Positions 16,463-23,597 of a stretch of 24,968 bases of DNA are shown in pieces. Position numbers and translations under genes: made by a program. This stretch comes from a virus. Taxonomy: Duplodnaviria > Caudoviricetes. The stretch lies in IMG/VR virus record IMGVR_UViG_3300020045_003178, positions 1-24,968 of that record; one strand, 5' to 3'. The first letter of the stretch is position 1, and the number at the start of each line of letters is the position of its first letter. Below the pieces are notes generated by a model that saw only the letters and a list, made by a program, of their open reading frames with translations, was not told the DNA's origin and ran no database searches.

Positions 16463-16825
16463 CTATGTTAGTGCTTTTTCAAGAACTTTTTTTGCATTAT
16501 CCCAAGCAATTGGTTGTGCTTTTAAATACTGAGCATCTTTGCCGTACTTATCCTTCCACTCCTTTACTTGGATTAATTCTTCTAATGCTTCTAATAGTTC
16601 AGGAGCGCAAGCAATTAGTTTTGCATTGGCTTCTCTATAAGTTCCTGTAATTAATACGTTTTTACCATCTTGAATACCTTTTACTTTAGGTCTAGGATAC
16701 CAGCTTACGGTTGCGATAGTTTCGCCATCTTCTGTGTAAATTTGAGTATCATACATTCCTTTTTTGTTATTAGGAATTTTTCTGTGAGATTGTTTCCATT
16801 CTCCTGGTGTAAAATCTTTTTTCAT
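16463..16825 (-). CDS. Cassette F gene: TPGEW...ANAKLIACAPE family protein
   Basis: Paralogue of 6073..6366; start moved to ATG 16825. Confidence 0.8.
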   Translation of the reverse strand: MKKDFTPGEWKQSHRKIPNNKKGMYDTQIYTEDGETIATVSWYPRPKVKGIQDGKNVLITGTYREANAKLIACAPELLEALEELIQVKEWKDKYGKDAQYLKAQPIAWDNAKKVLEKALT

Positions 16826-16858
16826 AATTAATTTTAGTTTAATAATCCGTACTTGCCC

Positions 16859-16944
16859 TAACATACGCTTGTAAGCTATATGCTACGGCTTTTTTCTTTC
16901 TATTCACGTTCTGTCTTGGCATACAGCTACAAGCTTTTCCGTTA
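16859..16944. repeat. attC-like site 6
   Basis: TAAC-ATAC, stem 16867-16885/16917-16934 with a one-base bulge, TTTTCC-GTTA. Confidence 0.8.
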
Positions 16945-17196
16945 TGCAACAGTTTCAGAAACCTCGATTGAAACAGAAACATTTTCTGAAACAGTTTTTC
17001 CAAACGTATAATCAACTCTTACATAATGTTCAATTTTATCTACAATAAATGATTTTTGTATTTCCTTCACAGTCCAGTAATCTTTCTTATTGTTATTTAC
17101 AGATAAATGAATAACCTGTCCAATATTAAATGGATTGCTTTCTAAATTTAAGTTTTGAATTTCATTTCCTTCTTTGTCAGTAATTTCTATTCTCAT
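16942..17196 (-). CDS. Cassette G gene: hypothetical protein
   Basis: 84 aa; stop lies in the GTTA core at 16941-16944. Confidence 0.8.
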   Translation of the reverse strand: MRIEITDKEGNEIQNLNLESNPFNIGQVIHLSVNNNKKDYWTVKEIQKSFIVDKIEHYVRVDYTFGKTVSENVSVSIEVSETVA

Positions 17197-17223
17197 AATT
17201 TTTAATGTTAAAAACCGATTGCA

Positions 17224-17350
17224 TAACAGCCGTTTGGCAATATGGCAATATCAGGCTTAATTTATAATTTGTTTTGTGTCAGATTTATGGTTTCTCAACC
17301 GAAATATTAGGCTTATTTGTCCCATCCGAAAAGCAACACGCAAAACGTTA
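17224..17350. repeat. attC-like site 7 (terminal; right arm decayed)
   Basis: Same length as and similar to site 2; ends GC-AAAAC-GTTA. Confidence 0.75.
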
Positions 17351-17581
17351 CTCTTCGAATGACTCATAATGTTTTTTCTCTACGGCTTCGAATTTTAACT
17401 GCCTATCGATTATTTCAAGTATTTTAGAAAAATGACTATCTGGTATTGGATTATCTAATTTAGAGTTAAACCAACGTTGGCGAACCTGTGCGAAACTTGT
17501 ATTTGTCTTATCCGCAATTACAACAAGTATTGCTGTCTTATGCTTCATTAAAGCATATTTTTCTGCAATTTGTTTTTTCAT
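17348..17581 (-). CDS. Resident small protein, possibly an HTH regulator, bounding the array
   Basis: 77 aa; stop lies in the final GTTA, but no matching inverted repeat upstream. Confidence 0.7.
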   Translation of the reverse strand: MKKQIAEKYALMKHKTAILVVIADKTNTSFAQVRQRWFNSKLDNPIPDSHFSKILEIIDRQLKFEAVEKKHYESFEE

Positions 17582-17583
17582 AA

Positions 17584-17688
17584 TTAAAATTCGCTAGGGG
17601 TTAATTTTTTACCTCTAAATAAATAGTTACTAATTTCTTCGTGCGATGTGTAGCCTAATGTTATAACGGCTAAAAATAGTTTTTTCAT
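17584..17688 (-). CDS. 34-aa hypothetical protein (MKKLFLAVITLG...)
   Basis: First ORF behind the promoter at 17721-17750. Confidence 0.5.
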   Translation of the reverse strand: MKKLFLAVITLGYTSHEEISNYLFRGKKLTPSEF

Positions 17689-17720
17689 GGCGTTAGTTTT
17701 AATTTGTTATTTCTATGGTG

Positions 17721-17750
17721 TAAATGTAATCATAATATATAACATAACAA
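17721..17750 (-). promoter_or_regulatory. Promoter TTG-N19-TACATTTA pointing into the cassette array
   Basis: TAAATGTA 17721-17728, CAA 17748-17750. Confidence 0.65.
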
Positions 17751-17760
17751 TACTTTTTAT

Positions 17761-17788
17761 AAAAAAAGTGTAAAATAAATTACACTTT
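17761..17788 (-). terminator. Terminator ending the lysis/late operon
   Basis: AAAGTGTAA/TTACACTTT stem at 17765-17788 with a T-run on the minus strand. Confidence 0.6.
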
Positions 17789-17879
17789 GAATACATCATC
17801 AACAATTTTCTCATTGTCAGTGCCTTTGATTCCCTTTCGATTCTTAAGAACCAAACCTATTCCTACGACAATCGCTCTT

Positions 17880-18113
17880 TCAATAATCTTGCCTACTACT
17901 GTGTCCCAAAATTTCTTTTTCATTTATTACTTCTTTTATAATTAAACAATCTTCATACATTTCGGCATCTTCAAAAACCCTCAATGCGCACTCTAAATCT
18001 TTAACCGTTCCGATATTACACCATTGTAAAAATTGTTCCTCTGTTTGAATTGAACGAATGTAACGAGGGTCGCAAAGTTCTTCGTAGGCTTGGTTAAGTT
18101 TTTGAATGTTCAT
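17880..18113 (-). CDS. Hypothetical protein
   Basis: 77 aa; ATGA overlap with the endolysin. Confidence 0.65.
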   Translation of the reverse strand: MNIQKLNQAYEELCDPRYIRSIQTEEQFLQWCNIGTVKDLECALRVFEDAEMYEDCLIIKEVINEKEILGHSSRQDY

Positions 18114-18643
18114 ATTATTCTAAATTTAATTTCCGCTCGTTCTAATTTTTTATCGTATCCTAAAATCCAATAGTTTTTTCCATTATATCTTCTTGCTACT
18201 TCTTTTGTATCCCAATCTTTTACGGCTTGAAATAAAACCCTATCGGTTTCAATAAATTTCAAACCCAACCACAATTGATTAGTTTCAGAATCTTTAGCAA
18301 AATCCCACATATCTCCTACGTTTTTGAATCCTAAGCGTTTCCAATGTTCGCCCATGACCTGCATACGACCTACCGAAGTACTTTCCATAGCCGCATTTGG
18401 ATTTTTTGCGTAAGCATCATTAAAAGCCTGCCATTCTTTTGCCTGTCCTTCAACTTTGTTTGATGCCCACAAACCCGAAACCATTTTACTTATTCTTTTA
18501 AAATAATGAGGTTCAAATTGGATTACAATTTTTCCGTTTATAAAGCCTAATCCGTTGCTTTCAACTGAATCGATAGCCTTTACTTTTGAAATTGAAATTC
18601 CAAATTCTTTAGCTAAATTCTTGTATTCGTTATCTGTTATCAT
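18110..18643 (-). CDS. Endolysin, N-acetylmuramidase (DUF3380-like)
   Basis: AIDSVES, FEPHYF, STSVGRMQVMGEHW, ARRYNG motifs. Confidence 0.9.
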   Translation of the reverse strand: MITDNEYKNLAKEFGISISKVKAIDSVESNGLGFINGKIVIQFEPHYFKRISKMVSGLWASNKVEGQAKEWQAFNDAYAKNPNAAMESTSVGRMQVMGEHWKRLGFKNVGDMWDFAKDSETNQLWLGLKFIETDRVLFQAVKDWDTKEVARRYNGKNYWILGYDKKLERAEIKFRII

Positions 18644-18947
18644 CTTTATCTGTTTTAGGTTCTAAAAAATCATTCCTCCACCTCTTGTAGAAATGTTCAT
18701 TTTGTTTCTCTAATAGTTCTTGCTCTAGCATTTTACTTCTGGTTTTAGAATCTCTTATGTAAGTTCTTAATTTGTAATACGCAAAAAACACACCTATTAA
18801 AGTCAATAAAAACTGAACGAAGTTAGTTGCGTTACTAAGGTAAAATTCCCCAAAACTAAGCTTTTTAACTACATCAATTAAGGTAAAAGAATATAGGCAA
18901 TAGAATCCGTAATTAAGAGCATTGAAAAGTTGTTTTATCGCGTGCAT
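18630..18947 (-). CDS. Membrane protein of the lysis module
   Basis: TM segment FVQFLLTLIGVFFAYY; exact start uncertain. Confidence 0.65.
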   Translation of the reverse strand: MHAIKQLFNALNYGFYCLYSFTLIDVVKKLSFGEFYLSNATNFVQFLLTLIGVFFAYYKLRTYIRDSKTRSKMLEQELLEKQNEHFYKRWRNDFLEPKTDKDDNR

Positions 18948-19263
18948 AAGCAAAAATAATTATAGCTAGTGGTATTTTTAAAAGATAAAACAAATTATCT
19001 ATTAACCCCAAAAATACAAAATCTAAAGCATTTATGATGAATAAAAATAAGGCAATTTGTTTTGTTTCGAAATCAGGCTTTTTAAAAGCTAAAAAATAAA
19101 ACACAACCCCTAAAATAAAGATGTTAGAATAATCTTCGATCACATTGCATAAATACTTTTTATTTTCAAAAAACAAAGAATATCTAATCCGTATATCTGA
19201 TTGATAAAATACCGCCTTCACTTCTGAAAGCGGTATTAATAACAAAAGTATCTTACTTTTCAT
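18913..19263 (-). CDS. Multi-TM membrane protein of the lysis module
   Basis: Three to four hydrophobic segments; start moved to ATG 19263. Confidence 0.65.
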   Translation of the reverse strand: MKSKILLLLIPLSEVKAVFYQSDIRIRYSLFFENKKYLCNVIEDYSNIFILGVVFYFLAFKKPDFETKQIALFLFIINALDFVFLGLIDNLFYLLKIPLAIIIFAYARDKTTFQCS

Positions 19264-19474
19264 CTTTATCAGGTGGCGGTGTCGAACCCCCAATTATTCC
19301 GCTTACATTGTGGTCTTTAGCCAATCTAGTTATCAAAATTAATCCTATTGACGCAAATAATTGCATTCCTGTTTTATCCGTAAAATACCCCGCTGTGTAG
19401 GCTTCTAAAATCGCCTGTACCGCAAAAGGCAATGATACCACTAATCCAGCTAAAGTTGTTCTCCAATTTTTCAT
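19253..19474 (-). CDS. Putative holin
   Basis: MKNWRTTLAG, two TM segments, AKD motif, charged tail; upstream of the endolysin. Confidence 0.7.
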   Translation of the reverse strand: MKNWRTTLAGLVVSLPFAVQAILEAYTAGYFTDKTGMQLFASIGLILITRLAKDHNVSGIIGGSTPPPDKDEK

Positions 19475-19560
19475 TTTTATTTATTTAAAAGTTAATTGTT
19501 TATTTAAAATACGGGCTTGTCCTCTCCGACCAGCAACTAAATGCACCCGTCTTTTTTTTA

Positions 19561-22512
19561 TTAGTGTGAAACCCAATTTGTGCCGTTAAAAAATACTACT
19601 GTTACAACTGCACCACCACCCACTACCGATACCATATATGAAGGAGCGAGAGCATCTGTTACGTATGCCGTATCTCCTTGCACACCTGCTGGTAATGTTG
19701 CCACCGTATACCCTGTTAATCTAATAACATTGTTAATTATTACTTTTCCTTTTAAATACGTTCCTACTATATTGTCATTACCTAGTGTAACCGTGTTGCT
19801 TCCCTTGCCTTCTGAAAGATAACCTATTACTATTTCGTTCGTATTTCCGTCACCTAATGCACGGCTACTATTTCCTATAAATATAGAATTAGAGCCTGTA
19901 GCCATTGCGGCAAGCCCTGCCGAGGAATGTGCACCAGCTAAATAGCCTAAAGAAACGTTGTTCGCGCCAGTAGTCAGATATCTTAATGAGCTACCCCCAA
20001 AGGCGGTGTTAAAATTACCCGACAATGCTGATTGATTTAATACATTCTCGCCAAAAGAGGTGTTGTTACTTAAATTATTCCGGCCATTGTTCCACACGGT
20101 TTTTTCAAGCGAATCAAATTCTAAACTACCTGTCGCTATTGCGGCATTTGCCAACACAAATGCAGTTGTAGCAATCTGAGTTGTGTTTGTTCCCGGCGCT
20201 GCTGTTGGCGCTAATGGCGTTCCTGTAAATGTAGGTGAAGCTAAATCAGATTTTAAATCCAACTGACTTTTAACAACTACCTGATCACTAAGTGTCGCAG
20301 CACTTGCCGAAATAGTACCGACTACTTTTAATCTATTAGTTACGTCATTAACATATGTTCCTCCGTCTTGCATTACTACGTGTCCGTTGCTTGCGTACAT
20401 TCTTAACTGGTCTGTTAATGTAGTTCCTGTATTGGTTTTATTAGTAGAAATTACGTAATCGCTTGTACCACCTATTACCGATGTAGAAGCATTTCTAACG
20501 CTTCCTGTTCCATAAGATAAAACACCTGCGGCTGTACCATTACCTACTATATTAAGTCTAGTAGCTTGGTTTGTTGTTGGGTTTTTAAACGTGTATTGAT
20601 TAGCTATAGAAAAACTAAAAGGGTCTGTAGCATTTGCTCCAAAAGTAATCGCTCCACCTGCAGTGTTTAATCCTAAAGCATCGTTTGTAAAAAATTCTAA
20701 ACGTGAAGATGTAGCGGTTAAAGCACTTCCTACATAATCACCTCCAAAAACCATCTTTAAACGAGGTGCAGTACCCAATCTGTTCGCACCGAATTGTATA
20801 TCATTGTTTACGTTATTTGTTATGATGTTCAACGCGTTATAATTTGCTGCATCTGTAATATAATCAGAATTAAACATTTCAAATTTAGAACTAGTGCCAC
20901 TAACACCTGTTGTAGGTATCAAATAAAATCTAGGCGATGTAGAAGCGTTTGATGGCTGAAATACATAGTACCCTTTATTGGATTTTATAAAAGGCTGACC
21001 TGTCTGACTCGCAATAGTGTTTAATGTTGTACTAAATATATCAGATCCGCTCGTTATGTTTAAAAAAGAATTACTATTTAAACTGTTTGCATTAATTGCC
21101 GTACTAGTAATTAATTTAGACGCCCTATTTATAGATACTGCAGCGCCTAAGCTACTTCCTACATCACTAAAAGGTTCTATTTTAAAATCTCCTCCAGAAT
21201 TTCCACCCGACTCTGTACCGTCAGTGTACGTATACCATCTTGAAATACCAGATGTTTGTATCATCAAACCTCTTGTTGAGCCGTTCGTTGAATTTACTAT
21301 GAAGTTCTTTCCAGATTCAAGAGAACCTGATTTTACCTCGTCACCTGTTTTATGAATTACGTCAACATCATTTGCAGGCGTAAACCCTAGTGCGCTAACG
21401 ATATTCGCTAAAGTCAAGGCAATACCACCAGAAGCAACACCTCCAAATTTCTGAGCTTCTAAAATTTCAGCGTCCGAAGCATTTTGCAAAGACGTTGTAG
21501 TATTTTTCATTATGATATACCCACGGATAATACCATTTTCCAGAGAATTAGGTTCAATTACAAATTGCCTCGTAAATACCGCAGCCTTTGCACTCGCTAA
21601 GTCGTCATAAACATTTTGTCCGTATAAAATTCGTGTCAAACCCGTTTGAAACATTACTACTGTTTGAATAGTAAATTTGTTGTTTGGAACTGACGTTAAA
21701 ATATTATTTAGGTCATATAAAGCAGGGTCTAAATTTATCCTGTCACTTCCTTCAGTGCCGTTTTGAGTTCTATATCTAAAGGTTAAAGATGTACCCGCTG
21801 TTTGCGCTAATGAATGCGGGTTTTTCCAGTCATTCGCAAAGTTAATGCCCATTTTAAAAATAGTACCTGCGCTCTTATTTAATTGTAAATTCGCCCCATT
21901 GGCTGTGTACTTATTTCCAGTTAAATTCAATGCTCCTACCGCCTCTATAAAGTCATGAAGTTGGTTTGTACTTGAATTACTTGGTGCAGAGATGTTATTT
22001 ACAACGTTTATATTTGTAAGATTGCTATGTATAACCGCTCCTAAAATAATTAAAGAACGTCTTTGTTCTGGAGTAAAAGGTGTAGCTTGCATTACTACCG
22101 CTGGCGTGCTATTTATAGCTACATAAGTAATCGTACCCGTAAGTAAATACGTTGGCGTAATTCCTGTAAAAGCAGGGAAATTAACAAGGGTACTCGTTGG
22201 ATTTTCGGGGTCGTCAAAGTTTGAAATTATCCCTATTCCCGCTGTAATATTAAATTTAGTAGGGTCTACGTTGGTCGATATTAAACCATTTTTAATTAAG
22301 CCAGTAGAAAGGAATGATTTTTTACCTTGAAGGTCTGCAAGCAATATTTTACCGTAAGTTCCATCTGCTCCAACTGTTCCTAAATAAGTCGGTGTAGTTA
22401 CCGTCTGAGTAGAATTATTTTTAATCCCATAATCAAACTCCTGCTCTTGCCCCGTTGAAACTTGCCCATACATTGAAACGGTACATAATAAAAGAAATAG
22501 TATTTTTTTCAT
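19561..22512 (-). CDS. Tail fibre/receptor-binding-like protein
   Basis: 983 aa, G/T/N/S-rich; SPTFTGTPLAPTAAPGTNTTQIATTAFV fibre motif; NTxxG-type repeats. Confidence 0.75.
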   Translation of the reverse strand: MKKILFLLLCTVSMYGQVSTGQEQEFDYGIKNNSTQTVTTPTYLGTVGADGTYGKILLADLQGKKSFLSTGLIKNGLISTNVDPTKFNITAGIGIISNFDDPENPTSTLVNFPAFTGITPTYLLTGTITYVAINSTPAVVMQATPFTPEQRRSLIILGAVIHSNLTNINVVNNISAPSNSSTNQLHDFIEAVGALNLTGNKYTANGANLQLNKSAGTIFKMGINFANDWKNPHSLAQTAGTSLTFRYRTQNGTEGSDRINLDPALYDLNNILTSVPNNKFTIQTVVMFQTGLTRILYGQNVYDDLASAKAAVFTRQFVIEPNSLENGIIRGYIIMKNTTTSLQNASDAEILEAQKFGGVASGGIALTLANIVSALGFTPANDVDVIHKTGDEVKSGSLESGKNFIVNSTNGSTRGLMIQTSGISRWYTYTDGTESGGNSGGDFKIEPFSDVGSSLGAAVSINRASKLITSTAINANSLNSNSFLNITSGSDIFSTTLNTIASQTGQPFIKSNKGYYVFQPSNASTSPRFYLIPTTGVSGTSSKFEMFNSDYITDAANYNALNIITNNVNNDIQFGANRLGTAPRLKMVFGGDYVGSALTATSSRLEFFTNDALGLNTAGGAITFGANATDPFSFSIANQYTFKNPTTNQATRLNIVGNGTAAGVLSYGTGSVRNASTSVIGGTSDYVISTNKTNTGTTLTDQLRMYASNGHVVMQDGGTYVNDVTNRLKVVGTISASAATLSDQVVVKSQLDLKSDLASPTFTGTPLAPTAAPGTNTTQIATTAFVLANAAIATGSLEFDSLEKTVWNNGRNNLSNNTSFGENVLNQSALSGNFNTAFGGSSLRYLTTGANNVSLGYLAGAHSSAGLAAMATGSNSIFIGNSSRALGDGNTNEIVIGYLSEGKGSNTVTLGNDNIVGTYLKGKVIINNVIRLTGYTVATLPAGVQGDTAYVTDALAPSYMVSVVGGGAVVTVVFFNGTNWVSH

Positions 22513-22521
22513 GTTGTAAAT

Positions 22522-23130
22522 TTATAATAAATATTCGATATAAATGTAGTTATTTAAAACTGTAGCTTTTGTGATTGTGACAATATCACCTGTTTGAGAC
22601 CATCTATTTACTAAAGATGTATTATTTGCCGTTGTTTTGTATTGTTTTGTATGAGTTAAGTGTACGTCTATACATTTTGAACCTGTAGGTAGTGTAAAAG
22701 ATACTTGACCCACTGTAAAACCAACTGTTACGCCTATAAATCCATCTATAATTTTAGGCGTAAATACTTCTAAAGGAGAAACCCACTCACCTGCAGAACG
22801 TAAGAAACCTCCTACCTCTTGAACATCTTCTATATATTCTGAATCATTAAAAAAACTAGAGACATTTGTCGGCTTATTATTGATATAAGCCTTACTTAAT
22901 GCGTTGCCTTCTGTCCAATCAGATTGAACTTGCCCGCCTTCAAATAGTCCTGCGAGTTTATCTTTTTCATCCTGTGTAAAATTAGTGTCTGAAAGTGATT
23001 TGCCTGTTATTTTATCAACTTTATTTGCGTATAGTTCGTTAAAATTACTTTCGGCTTTTACTTGTGAAGTCCTTAACGTATCACCTAAACCATCGTTTGG
23101 ACTTGAATAATTTATATGTTGTTGTGCCAT
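22522..23130 (-). CDS. Tail/baseplate-associated structural protein
   Basis: N-terminal NDGLGDTLR...NFNELY motif typical of phage fibre/baseplate proteins. Confidence 0.7.
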   Translation of the reverse strand: MAQQHINYSSPNDGLGDTLRTSQVKAESNFNELYANKVDKITGKSLSDTNFTQDEKDKLAGLFEGGQVQSDWTEGNALSKAYINNKPTNVSSFFNDSEYIEDVQEVGGFLRSAGEWVSPLEVFTPKIIDGFIGVTVGFTVGQVSFTLPTGSKCIDVHLTHTKQYKTTANNTSLVNRWSQTGDIVTITKATVLNNYIYIEYLL

Positions 23131-23597
23131 TAGTAGAAGTCGTTAAAATTAGTTGTCTCTTCTGCTTTTTTACAATAGTTCCACTCTGGAATACTTGACT
23201 TTTCCATATATGCACGAAAATTATTTTCTACTGATATAGCTAAACTTTTATATTGTTCTGCTAATTGTACCGTTTTTTGCGTAGGAGTCCCACGCTCAGG
23301 AGATAAGATAGTGTTTCCTACATTACTACTTTTAACCTCATTGAATAATGTAAAATAATGTGCCGTATAAAATACATGCATATCAATTATATATTTATCA
23401 AATATAGTTAAATAGTCTCCTGTAAGAGTTGGTAAATCAGTGTAAATCTTATCATATAAATCCTGTCCTAAAACCCTAACTATATCCGTAATTTGAGCAT
23501 AATATATTTTCTGAGATATAGAATCGCTGTCAGTTCCGCTACTTATAGAAGTAGTTTCTTTTACGTTTTCGGCTGTTATAAATAGTTTAGTTATCAT
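23130..23597 (-). CDS. Putative head-tail adaptor
   Basis: 155 aa directly after the portal; AQITDIVRVLGQDLYDKI. Confidence 0.6.
   Translation of the reverse strand: MITKLFITAENVKETTSISSGTDSDSISQKIYYAQITDIVRVLGQDLYDKIYTDLPTLTGDYLTIFDKYIIDMHVFYTAHYFTLFNEVKSSNVGNTILSPERGTPTQKTVQLAEQYKSLAISVENNFRAYMEKSSIPEWNYCKKAEETTNFNDFY

Larger units (their letters stand above)
14273..17350. mobile_element. Integron-like gene-cassette array (7 cassettes, 7 attC-like palindromes, 1 half-site)
   Basis: TAAC-hairpin-GTTA sites alternate with small genes; cassette-specific terminal inverted repeats. Confidence 0.85.

Noticed and set aside
14665-17350. Reading the palindromes as a CRISPR array, REP/MITE insertions or simple terminators
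   Set aside because: The repeats are not identical and the spacers are whole genes. There are no target duplications or T-tails. None of these models explains complementarity between the two ends of each gene unit.
17347-17700. An eighth cassette containing 17348..17581
   Set aside because: There is no inverted repeat matching GTTACTCTTC and no further TAAC...GTTA hairpin upstream of the gene.
19511-19560. ACGGG/CCCGT hairpin after the fibre gene
   Set aside because: The stem is short with a long loop, and the T-run is on the non-coding strand; too weak to call.
19561-22512. DGR or invertase-type tail-fibre variation; signal-peptide-like N-terminus of the fibre
   Set aside because: No reverse transcriptase, template repeat, invertase or alternative tips are visible. 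The hydrophobic start MKKILFLLLCTVSMYGQ is real, but I cannot interpret it from sequence alone.
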